A stretch of 64,000 nt of DNA from positions 384,001 to 448,000 of the forward strand of contig CBDCVR010000013.1 of assembly GCA_965223155.1 (NCBI GenBank). Direction: 5' to 3'. The translations under genes were made by a program, and so were the position numbers. This DNA is from Candidatus Multivoradales bacterium (GTDB taxonomy: Bacteria > Acidobacteriota > Thermoanaerobaculia > Multivoradales > JAHEKO01). Shown in pieces: positions 1 through 8,592 of the stretch (its first letter is position 1; each line of letters opens with the position of its first letter). The notes under the pieces are model-generated. The model saw only the letters and a program-made list of their open reading frames with translations. It had not been told where the DNA came from and made no database searches.

Positions 1-151
1 GTGCCGGCCGGGTTGTCGAGATAGATCCGGGTGCTCTTTCGGTCGCCGAGCGCGAGGGCCGGAAAGCGTTCCCGGACAGCCTCGATCGGGAATCGTTCCG
101 GAACTTCGACCACGGGCAGCTAGGCTAGCCCAGGCGGGACGCCCGGGGCAA

Positions 152-1147
152 TCACGCTCGGCGCCTGCGGTTCCCCAGCTCAACCACGGCGATCGCGAGT
201 CCCAGAAGGACAATGGCCCCGCCCAGGATCTCTTGCCCGACAATCGCGAAGCCGAAGATCTGAGGCAATGACCAGGCCAGGAGCGACTTGCTCAGTAGGG
301 TCAGCGGCGGGTTGAGGAAGACCGTGAGACCCACCGTCGAGGCCTGCAGGTGTTCGAGGAGCCAGGTCCAGATGGCAAAGCCCAGGACGGTACAGGGCCA
401 GCCCAGATAGACAACGGCCAGCCAGCCACTCCAGTCGAGAGCCGCCAGCTCGCCCGCGACCCGGGGCAGGAGGGGCGTCAGCAGCAGAGTGCCGACCAGC
501 ACCGACGCGTAGCTCCAGACCAGCGGGGACACCCGTTGCGCTACCGTTCGCTCGCCGGCGAGGGCTCGCTTCGAGATGACTGAATAGAGCGACCACGAGA
601 TCGGCGCCAGCATCGCCAGAGCGACGATGGCCGGATAGGGAGTTCCGGTCGTGGGCCGGGACAGAGCGATCACGACGACGCCGGAGAATCCGACCAGAAT
701 GCCCAGCCACTTCCGCCGGGACACCTGTTCCTGGAGGAAGAAGAAGGACAGGAGGGCCACGAAAAGCGGTACCAGCGTCGTGACGATCGAGGCCACCGAG
801 GCGGGCAGCCCCCGGGCCTGAGCGCTGTACAGCGCAAGGTTGTAGCCGGGTACGACCAGGGCGCCACAGAGAACCAGCGAGCCGCCCTGTCGCCGTAAGG
901 CCGAGACGAGCTCGGCCGGCCGAGCGATCAAGAGATGGAGGGCGATGAGAACCGACGCCGAGCCCATGCGCGCAAGGGTCAGCCCCAGCGGGGACAGCCT
1001 GGCCGCGTCCCGTTCGGTGCCGAGGACGTAGCTCATGGCAATGAAGCTGCTGCTCCAGACCAGAAACAGGAGCAGCGTCGAAGTCAAGAGCAAGGACCGG
1101 GATGGTACCGAGCCTGGAGCTTGCTGTCGGGGTGCTGGCGACTCCAT
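152..1147 (-). CDS. DMT/EamA-family inner-membrane transporter
   Basis: About 10 hydrophobic segments in two repeats; EamA-like motifs (LVWSSSF, ASIVTTLVPLFVALLSFFFLQE, YLGWPCTVLGFAIW). Start taken at ATG 1147 (MESPAP); the longer ORF extension looks non-coding. Confidence 0.85.
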   Translation of the reverse strand: MESPAPRQQAPGSVPSRSLLLTSTLLLFLVWSSSFIAMSYVLGTERDAARLSPLGLTLARMGSASVLIALHLLIARPAELVSALRRQGGSLVLCGALVVPGYNLALYSAQARGLPASVASIVTTLVPLFVALLSFFFLQEQVSRRKWLGILVGFSGVVVIALSRPTTGTPYPAIVALAMLAPISWSLYSVISKRALAGERTVAQRVSPLVWSYASVLVGTLLLTPLLPRVAGELAALDWSGWLAVVYLGWPCTVLGFAIWTWLLEHLQASTVGLTVFLNPPLTLLSKSLLAWSLPQIFGFAIVGQEILGGAIVLLGLAIAVVELGNRRRRA

Positions 1148-1291
1148 CGGTTGCCCTGGAGGGAGCGATCGGTGTGCTAGGCGAGCCGCTGGCGAATTGC
1201 AGGGGCGCGGGCACGTTAGCCCAGGCCCCGGAGATCGGCAACAGGTAGAGGTTGGTGAGGCCGAGGGACTCGCTTGGTCGCCAAGATGCAA

Positions 1292-1316
1292 GTCACTGGA
1301 CGTCACTGGACGTCAC
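1292..1316. repeat. Short tandem repeat, 2.5 copies of GTCACTGGAC
   Basis: gtcactggac-gtcactggac-gtcac is read directly in the intergenic gap between the operon end and the DMT gene. Confidence 0.6.
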
Positions 1317-1413
1317 GACTCGAGGGACCGATTTCGCTGTCGGCGATCTTGGCTAATGCGGACGCTCGGAAGGAACGCAGGTCCTGCCAGAGACGAACTT
1401 GCCGTCGTCCGTC

Positions 1414-3225
1414 CTAGTGGCTTCCCAAGATCCCCCGCTTCGCTCTCTCGACGGCAGTCGCGATTGGAGCGGACGCGACCTCGGCTCGCAGGATTGGGCG
1501 TAGGTGCTCCAGATAGTCGTCCAGGATGGAAGCTTCCAACGAGGCTTCGCGGATGAAGGCCGAGCGCAGGTCGGCGTCACTGAAATCGAAATGCGTCAGG
1601 ATGTCGACGAGGGCGAGGGCGAACTGTGAGGCGGCGTCGTCCCGGGTGCCGAGCCGCCAGGTCCAATCGGTCTCGGCGACGAAGTCGCCGATCAGGGTCA
1701 AGAGCGTCCGGCTGCGCCAGTTGGTGGATCGAAAGCTGCTCAAGAGCTGCTGGTAGCCGTTCTCCACGTTCTGGGAAATGTAGAAGAGCGCCACCGCCGC
1801 CACGAGCTCGTTGCGGAGCAGCGACTCGGCGTCGAGATCGCGCCACCTGTAGTAGTCGTAGGTGGTGGTCTGCCGGTTTCCGCTGCTGTCGAGATAGGAG
1901 AACTGCCTGCGGGTCACGCCCTCCCCCGCCGCGTCCCGCGCTTGGGTCCCGGCTTCGGCCATGTAGAGCCAACCGTTCCCGCTCAGATCGTCGATTCTGC
2001 GGCGCCCGACGCTGGGGGCGAAGTGAAAGCCGACGAAGTTGGCAACACCTTCTTTGAAGACCGCGTGGGAGTCGGGAAGGATCTCCCGAAAGTAGTGGGT
2101 GCCGTCGGGTCCGTAGGCGGGGCCGTAGTGCGCGGTGTCCCAACCCGTTCGATCGAGGGTGTGGACGGTCTCGTGAATCAAGGTCGCGTGCCAGTCGGGG
2201 ACGGTCCGTCCTCCCCCGCTCAGATCCTCGGCGTGGAGCTCACCCAGGACCACCTTGCCCAGCGCGCTCGAACCTCGCCCTTCGCGCCAGGCGCACGGCC
2301 ACACCCCCAGCCGTCCCGTGCCCCGCAATTCGGACCGGCAGAGCCGGTAGTGGTTCCCCGTCGCCTGGGTGAGATCCTGGGTGAAGTCGTTCACCAAGTA
2401 GAACCGCAGCCGGGGCAGACCGCCGATAGTCTGCATCAGGCGGGCGACCTCGGTGCCGACGCGTCCGGCGGTGATCTCTTCATAGGTGCGAATCAGCGTT
2501 GGACAGTCCTGGGCGCAAAGCTCGCGCAGCCGCGCGGCGCTGCCGGCCAGCCCGATGCTTCCCCAGACCCCTTCGGCGGCTCCGGAGGGGGTCGGCAGAC
2601 GGGGATCCACCAGCACGACCTCGATGGGTCCCCGCGCGCCACCGCCCGCAGACTGCGGCGAGGCCAAGGAAGCGATTCGGCTCCGCCAGTCGTCTTCGGA
2701 AAAGGCGGCTCCCGAGGCACCCTCGAGGAAGTAGCGCTCGCCCACGGCCACTGCGCTGGTTCTGGAACCCTCGCCCGTCCGGGACGGAACGACCACCGTT
2801 TGCTCCCCGAGACTCCGGACGCTGTCCCCGAGCAAGCGGCGCAGCTCGGCCGAGAGCGGGCGATCATCGACCAGGAAGACATAGTTGACGCCGGCAAGCG
2901 AGACCCGCTCGGATCCGCCGGGACCACAGGCTCCCGCTCCCAAAGCCTCCCGCGCAAGGGCCAGCCCGGTCAGATCCGCCTCGCAGAACGGGGTGGCGGT
3001 CCGGGTCGCGCCCTCGTCGCAGACCTGCCGCCCGGCCGTCAAGTCTTGGCCGCAGACCGCCGGATACCCAGCCGGAAGGTAGTAGACCGTAGTCGCGGCC
3101 TCGATCGGTGGCGCCGCGACCACGAGCGAGACAGTCACCAAGGCCCGGCCGACGAATCGCCTGGCGGCGGTCTCGGTTCCGCGGGACGTCCTCCTGCCTT
3201 CACGCCTTGCCACGAACGCTCGCAT
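1414..3225 (-). CDS. Secreted cargo-type protein 1: shared 4-Cys N-terminal domain plus HEXXH zinc metallopeptidase domain
   Basis: Signal-like N-terminus (..ALVTVSLVVAAPPIEA|ATT); TTVYYLPAGYPAVC..C..FC..C..YVFLVDD domain; TLIHETVH (HETVH at 2175-2161) and downstream EGVANF. The ATG overlaps the upstream stop (TGATG at 3227-3223). Confidence 0.8.
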   Translation of the reverse strand: MRAFVARREGRRTSRGTETAARRFVGRALVTVSLVVAAPPIEAATTVYYLPAGYPAVCGQDLTAGRQVCDEGATRTATPFCEADLTGLALAREALGAGACGPGGSERVSLAGVNYVFLVDDRPLSAELRRLLGDSVRSLGEQTVVVPSRTGEGSRTSAVAVGERYFLEGASGAAFSEDDWRSRIASLASPQSAGGGARGPIEVVLVDPRLPTPSGAAEGVWGSIGLAGSAARLRELCAQDCPTLIRTYEEITAGRVGTEVARLMQTIGGLPRLRFYLVNDFTQDLTQATGNHYRLCRSELRGTGRLGVWPCAWREGRGSSALGKVVLGELHAEDLSGGGRTVPDWHATLIHETVHTLDRTGWDTAHYGPAYGPDGTHYFREILPDSHAVFKEGVANFVGFHFAPSVGRRRIDDLSGNGWLYMAEAGTQARDAAGEGVTRRQFSYLDSSGNRQTTTYDYYRWRDLDAESLLRNELVAAVALFYISQNVENGYQQLLSSFRSTNWRSRTLLTLIGDFVAETDWTWRLGTRDDAASQFALALVDILTHFDFSDADLRSAFIREASLEASILDDYLEHLRPILRAEVASAPIATAVERAKRGILGSH

Positions 3226-4493
3226 CAGAAGGGTCGCTCGCATGAGCAACCGCGGCAGAAGGGCTCGAACTCCCGGCAGTATCGCTCGTTGAGGTCCTGC
3301 CGCAGGCGGGCTCGGTTCTCCGGGATTCGGAGCATGCGGCGTTGTCCGATCGGCATGTCGCGCCAGCGGCTGAGAGCCGCTTCGCACCCGGCGCGATTCC
3401 TCTCCATGAGCTCCGGAGCGCCACAACCTTGCGGGTGTCGCGGTCGGTAGATGGGCAGGAGCTGATCGTTCAGCCTCGCCGGGCCGGTAAGCCATGTCAT
3501 GGTGACTCCGTAGCCCTCGAGATAGGCCATGTGAAGCATGCCTCGCCGCGCGCCTTCTTCGCCGGTCGCCGGCTCCGGCGGGGTCCCCGCGCCCCGTACC
3601 ATGCCCTCGCCGGTATCCTGGATGACCGGCTCCGGATCGGGTCGCTCCGCGGGAGGCACCCGCTCCTCGTCATCGTCGAAATCCACCGTCTCACCCAGGG
3701 TGAAGCCGAGTCGATCGATCCGGTCGTCGCGATCGGGTTGGCGATACAAGACGCCCCGCAGCGGCACCGTGCCCGCGGACGACTCTCCATGAATGCGGCG
3801 AAGGCTGGCCTCGACCCTGTCGATGAGCTCGCGCATCCGGGCCCTTCCGTCGCTCCGGCACAGCATGATCGGGCACAGGGCGTCTTCGACGGTTCGGCGG
3901 AAGGTCGCGTAGTCCGAGTGGTACGGCACGTCCAGCTCCTCGACATCGACCTCCAGATCCAAGAGGCTGGCGATTCGGGTGAGCCAGGCGGTCCGGTTCG
4001 GCGATCGTTCGCGGTAGAAGCGCTCGCCCACGAAGATGCCCTGGACGCGTGCCGAGGGGCCCGTCCTGGACGGCACCACCATCGGACCGGCGCCCAGGTC
4101 GCGCACCGCGTCGCCCAGCCTGCGAGTGAGCGCCGCCGACAGGGTTCGATCGTCCACCAGGAACACGTATTCGATGCCCGGGATCTGGACTCGCTCCGAC
4201 TCGGCCGGGCAGGCCGGGAGGCCCAAGGCCTCGCGTGCCAGGTCGAGGCCGGTAAGTCCCGAGCGGCAGAAGAACCGGGCACGGTTGGTGACGCCCTCTT
4301 GGCACACCGGGACCCCCCGGGAGATGTCGTAACCGCAGACCTCAGGATAGTTCTGAGGCAGGTAGTACACGGTCGTCGCGACCAGGGGACCCGACGCCCC
4401 AAGTACGGCCAGGCACGCGAAACCGAGCGTCGCGCCTAGCCTTACGGCCCCGCGAAGGGTCCGGGCCGGCAACCGTGAATCAAGATTCGGCAT
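3225..4493 (-). CDS. Secreted cargo-type protein 2: shared 4-Cys N-terminal domain plus unknown Cys-containing C-terminal region
   Basis: ATG with GAGGG upstream; signal-like TLGFACLAVLGASGPLVA; TTVYYLPQNYPEVC..YVFLVDD..VVPSRTG..VGERF..WLTRI. Confidence 0.8.
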   Translation of the reverse strand: MPNLDSRLPARTLRGAVRLGATLGFACLAVLGASGPLVATTVYYLPQNYPEVCGYDISRGVPVCQEGVTNRARFFCRSGLTGLDLAREALGLPACPAESERVQIPGIEYVFLVDDRTLSAALTRRLGDAVRDLGAGPMVVPSRTGPSARVQGIFVGERFYRERSPNRTAWLTRIASLLDLEVDVEELDVPYHSDYATFRRTVEDALCPIMLCRSDGRARMRELIDRVEASLRRIHGESSAGTVPLRGVLYRQPDRDDRIDRLGFTLGETVDFDDDEERVPPAERPDPEPVIQDTGEGMVRGAGTPPEPATGEEGARRGMLHMAYLEGYGVTMTWLTGPARLNDQLLPIYRPRHPQGCGAPELMERNRAGCEAALSRWRDMPIGQRRMLRIPENRARLRQDLNERYCREFEPFCRGCSCERPF

Positions 4494-4512
4494 TCTTCCT
4501 CCCTCTCCGTCC

Positions 4513-6111
4513 TTAGTTGAATCCTCGGTCCGCCAGCTTCCAAGCGAGGAGACTCCGGGCCGGTATTCCCGAGATGGCTCGAAAGCGGCGGCGGGCGTCC
4601 TCGTCCTCGGGCTCCGTAAGCACCTGGTGGTTCGGACCCAGCCAGCCGCAGTAGCGGCGGTAGGCTTCCCCGTCCGCGCGCCAGCCGCCTCCCAGAAGCG
4701 GGGACCGGCTGAGCTCGGTGTAGGACGTCACGAAACAGACCCGCTTGCGGACTCCCAAGAGGAATAGGGTGGTCTTGCTCTGCGCGCCCATGTCGCTCAA
4801 GCGGTTGATGCGATCGCCGACGCGCTCGGATTCGCTCGTTGCAAGGGACGCCCGCACCAGGCTGCCCGGAGACTCATCGCGTCGCTCGAACCAGATCTCC
4901 AGGCACCCGCCGGTGCCGTCCTGCATCTGGCAGCTCGCTTCGGCTGCATTCTCAGGCGCGGAGTACTGCGCGTTGATCCAGTCCTCGTAGAGCTCTCGCT
5001 CGAGCTCCAGGGGATGCGGGGCGCGGAAACTCCGGGCCTCTTCGATCTTGGCTCGGATCTCGGTCTCGAATCCCTGGCGCAGGTCCGGCGACAGACGCGC
5101 GTATCGAGTCTGCCACTCGCGAACCAGGTCCTCGCGGCGCAGCAGACCCCGGCGCTGGGCCAGGAACCGGTTGCGCACGTCCTGGATCCACTCCCCCACC
5201 GTGCCCGAGCGGGGACCCGATCCGAAGTGACCGGTAAAGGCTTCGACAACGGGGGCGAACGTCTTGAGGTCCCGGAATTCGATCTTGGGCGCGGTGTAGT
5301 CATCGCCGCTGCCACGCGCCAGGACACTGATCTCGCCCATCGCTGGAAAGCTGCCGATGACCTTGTCCAGCATGAACCGAAACACCGTCTGTCCCAGGAC
5401 CTCCCAGAAGTCCGGGGTGAGCTCGCTCACCGACGCATGCACCATGGTGGACTCGAACTGCTCGAGCGCGCCGTCGTACATCGCCAAGCCGTCGCCCCAG
5501 TTCTGCTCGGTTTGGGAGACATAGCGCTCGATGTACTGGTTGACCTGGGCCGGGATCTCGTCCAGGAGGTGCTGCAGGAATCTGCGCTCGTCGCGAACGA
5601 TACCGACCCGTTCCAGCCACGCCGCCTGGCTGTCCCGGTCGCCGCCGACGCCGAGCTCGAACAGACGCTCGCCCACGGCGATGAAGTCGTAGCGGAACGC
5701 TAGGGCGCCGGCGCGGCCTCGGCTCGGGTAGACGAGCTCCCCCTGGCCCAGGTCCCGCAGGGCATCGCCCATCAGACGGCGCAGCTCCGGCGACGGGGAG
5801 CGGTCATCGACCAGGAAAACGAAGCGCACGCCGGACAGCGAAGCGCTCTGATCGGGCGCGCCGCAACGAGGAAGCCCAAGGGCCTGCTGGGCGAGCTTGA
5901 GACCCGGCACGTCGGCTTCGCAAAACGGCGTCGCCCGGCGGGTGGCCCCATGGATACACCACGGCTCGGAGGCGCTCAAATCCTGCCCACAGACCTCCGG
6001 GAAGCCCTGCGGCAGGTAGTAGATCGTGGTGGCCCGGCCCGGCGTAGCGGCCCCTGCCGCGAGAAGCACCAGCAACCCAGCGGCGATCTTGAATCGGGAG
6101 TTTCGGAGCAT
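4513..6111 (-). CDS. Secreted cargo-type protein 3: shared 4-Cys N-terminal domain plus helical C-terminal region
   Basis: ATG 6111 lies 2 bp after the upstream stop; signal MLRNSRFKIAAGLLVLLAAGAATPGRA; TTIYYLPQGFPEVC..FVFLVDD..VYPSRG..VGERL..WLERV. Confidence 0.8.
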   Translation of the reverse strand: MLRNSRFKIAAGLLVLLAAGAATPGRATTIYYLPQGFPEVCGQDLSASEPWCIHGATRRATPFCEADVPGLKLAQQALGLPRCGAPDQSASLSGVRFVFLVDDRSPSPELRRLMGDALRDLGQGELVYPSRGRAGALAFRYDFIAVGERLFELGVGGDRDSQAAWLERVGIVRDERRFLQHLLDEIPAQVNQYIERYVSQTEQNWGDGLAMYDGALEQFESTMVHASVSELTPDFWEVLGQTVFRFMLDKVIGSFPAMGEISVLARGSGDDYTAPKIEFRDLKTFAPVVEAFTGHFGSGPRSGTVGEWIQDVRNRFLAQRRGLLRREDLVREWQTRYARLSPDLRQGFETEIRAKIEEARSFRAPHPLELERELYEDWINAQYSAPENAAEASCQMQDGTGGCLEIWFERRDESPGSLVRASLATSESERVGDRINRLSDMGAQSKTTLFLLGVRKRVCFVTSYTELSRSPLLGGGWRADGEAYRRYCGWLGPNHQVLTEPEDEDARRRFRAISGIPARSLLAWKLADRGFN

Positions 6112-6113
6112 TT

Positions 6114-7535
6114 CTAGTCGTCCCCGTCCTGGTCCTCGGTGGTCATGGCCTCGGGATTCTCGAGATCGACTTCCCCGAGAAGCTCGAAGTGGTTCCCGCT
6201 CTTGAGCCAGCGCCAGCTCCACCAGGCCATGGCTCCGTCGGTGATCGGTGTCTCGGCGATGAGCTGGCGCATCTCCGCCTCGGTCTTCGCCCGGGCGTCG
6301 CTACACCGCCGGTTCTCGGCACAGGTGACCGGCGCACAGTGATGAGCGCCCGAAATCGGCACGACCGGGAAGTGCGTGTCCTCGCTCCAGCGCCGCACGG
6401 AGTCCGGTGGATACGCGGCAGGCGCGGTGTCGCATCGATCGTAGATCTGAGGCAGGCCGTAGTCGGCATCGATGAAGGCGGCCAAGGGAATCTGCGGGCG
6501 GCCCAGCGAGGTGACTCCAACCGAGAGGTTGCGGGGCTCGGCGAGCTCGCGAGCCGCCGTCATCAGGGCTTCCGATCGAGCCCGGTTGCGGCTGAAGTGG
6601 GCCTCGGGATCCAGAATGATCCCCGTGGCGTCGAGATGGAGCGCGCCTTCCACCAGCTCCTCGACCTGGCGGCGAATGGCGTTGCCATGCTCGGGAGCAC
6701 CGCGCCACGCGAAGATGTCGATCTCGGCCGCATGCAGGGCTTCGAGGTAGGGGCCGAGCGCTTCGATCTGATCCTCGGTCAGCGGCACATAGGTATCGCG
6801 GGGATGGTAGTGCGTGGGCCAGGCGACCCACTGGATTCCGGCCTCCCGGAGACGGGTCACGAAGTCACTCGGACTCCCGAGGAAGGCGAAGGAAGGCTCC
6901 TCACCCGCCTCGACCGCCGCCAGCACCGCCCGTGCCTCGACCCCCGTGATCGTGCGCTGGAAGAAGATCCCCTTGCCCCGGGGAATCCCAAGGCGCCAGA
7001 GATGCGCCCAGTTGGCGGCGTTGCGCACCTCGTCGATCCACGCGGCATCGGAAGGAGCCAGCGCCGCGGCGGCCTCCCCCACGACCAGCGCCCGGACCGC
7101 GTGGCCATCCACCGTGCGGGACGGAGACACAAGACGCCGGCCATCCCGGTCGCGAACGGAATCTCCCAGGAGCTCCAGCAATTCAGGGGTCGGATCCCGG
7201 TCGTCGACCAGAAACACGTAGTCGAAACCCGGCAATTCGTTGCGGCGCTCGACGCCGTCGCAGAGCTCGAGCTCCAGAGCCTCGGCCGCCGCGCGCAGCC
7301 CCGGCACGTCCTGCTCGCAGAAGGGCTCGGCCTCGGCGGTGACTCCGTCAGGGCAGGACGCCCCAGCTCCGGGCAGCTCCTGCGCGCAAGTCGATGGAAA
7401 CTCTTTGGGTACAAAGAAGATGCGAGTCCGGGCGGCCGCGGTGCCGGCCCCTCCCAGGAGGAGGAGTGTCGCCAGGGCGGCGAGGGCCCGCCTACCCGGA
7501 GAGGCTCGTCGTGGGCGAAGACTAGGAGCCTTCAT
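6114..7535 (-). CDS. Secreted cargo-type protein 4: shared 4-Cys N-terminal domain plus TIM-barrel glycoside hydrolase-like domain
   Basis: Signal RRALAALATLLLLGGAGTAAA; IFFVPKEFPSTC..YVFLVDD; C-terminal beta/alpha succession GKGIFF, GIQWVAW, IDIFAW, GIILDPE, VGVTS, LPQIY, VVPI, MAWWSW. Confidence 0.75.
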   Translation of the reverse strand: MKAPSLRPRRASPGRRALAALATLLLLGGAGTAAARTRIFFVPKEFPSTCAQELPGAGASCPDGVTAEAEPFCEQDVPGLRAAAEALELELCDGVERRNELPGFDYVFLVDDRDPTPELLELLGDSVRDRDGRRLVSPSRTVDGHAVRALVVGEAAAALAPSDAAWIDEVRNAANWAHLWRLGIPRGKGIFFQRTITGVEARAVLAAVEAGEEPSFAFLGSPSDFVTRLREAGIQWVAWPTHYHPRDTYVPLTEDQIEALGPYLEALHAAEIDIFAWRGAPEHGNAIRRQVEELVEGALHLDATGIILDPEAHFSRNRARSEALMTAARELAEPRNLSVGVTSLGRPQIPLAAFIDADYGLPQIYDRCDTAPAAYPPDSVRRWSEDTHFPVVPISGAHHCAPVTCAENRRCSDARAKTEAEMRQLIAETPITDGAMAWWSWRWLKSGNHFELLGEVDLENPEAMTTEDQDGDD

Positions 7536-8592
7536 CGTCGTAGATGGCTATCGATTCCACGGAGCCCCCCTCGGTGTTCCGCATGACCGTGACGGGAACG
7601 TAGGTCTCCTCGCCGTTGCCGACGCCGGCGTCCGAGAGCTCGCCGTGGAGTCGCCTCAGGCCGTCGCTCCGACGGGCCGCGGAGTACGCGGCCGAACGCT
7701 CGATGCCGCCGATCTCGCTGGCGAGCGCTCGTCCGACCGCATCGCGCCACCGAACGAAGCTTCGATGAAACGGCACTGGCACCTCGCGTTCCTCGAACGT
7801 GAAGCTGGAAGCCTCGGGGCTCGGTGTCGGGGTCGTCAGGCCCTCGCCGGTCTCGGTCGGTGCCTCCCGTCGCCGGTCTCCGTCACCTCCTCCCCGGCCA
7901 GGGCTAGGCACAGACAACCCACCGGCGCCCTCCGCCGGCCTCTCCGCAGAGCCGCCTCCGGCCGCAGGGGTCGAATCGCCGTCGCCGCGGTTCTCGGGCA
8001 AGGCGCCAGGACCAACGACCCGGCCCAGCTCGCCCCCCTGCGTCAACAGGCCGCGGATCCGTTCTTGCCAGGCCGAAGTCGGAATCGCACCGCCCCCTTG
8101 CCCTCCGACGCGGGACATCTGCTCCCCGACCACGAGAGTGCGCCTGGATCGGCTGAGGGTATCGGTGAAGACCCGAAACGAGGGCTCGATCATGCGCCGG
8201 CCACCCTGGGAAACGAGCGTCGGACCGAGGGCTTCCAGAAGCGCTGAGGAAGGATTCGAGTCGTCCACGAGAAGGACCAACTCGACGGTCGATTCCGCGA
8301 GAGAGACCAGAAACGGATTGGGCATGCTGTTGCCCTGACAGTCTCGAAGTCCCAAGGCACTGCGCGCCGAATCGAGACCGGAGAGGCCGAGACGGCAGAA
8401 CGCCTCGACTTGACCGGTCACCCCATCGGGACATCGCGCCCGATCCTCGGTGAGAGACCAGGCGCAGACGGCTGGAAACCGCCCGGGCACGAAGATCACG
8501 TCCACGCCGGCGACCGCCGGCAGCGGGGCGAAGACGCCCGCCAAGCCCAAGAGGCTCGCGATCACGAGCTTCCGAAGGCCGGTCCTACTCAA
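7522..8592 (-). CDS. Secreted cargo-type protein 5: shared 4-Cys N-terminal domain, Gly/Pro-rich linker, small C-terminal module
   Basis: TTG start overlaps the upstream gene by 8 bp; signal LRKLVIASLLGLAGVFAPLPAVA; VIFVPGRFPAVC..LVLLVDD..IEPS..VVGE..WQERI. Confidence 0.75.
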   Translation of the reverse strand: MSRTGLRKLVIASLLGLAGVFAPLPAVAGVDVIFVPGRFPAVCAWSLTEDRARCPDGVTGQVEAFCRLGLSGLDSARSALGLRDCQGNSMPNPFLVSLAESTVELVLLVDDSNPSSALLEALGPTLVSQGGRRMIEPSFRVFTDTLSRSRRTLVVGEQMSRVGGQGGGAIPTSAWQERIRGLLTQGGELGRVVGPGALPENRGDGDSTPAAGGGSAERPAEGAGGLSVPSPGRGGGDGDRRREAPTETGEGLTTPTPSPEASSFTFEEREVPVPFHRSFVRWRDAVGRALASEIGGIERSAAYSAARRSDGLRRLHGELSDAGVGNGEETYVPVTVMRNTEGGSVESIAIYDDEGS

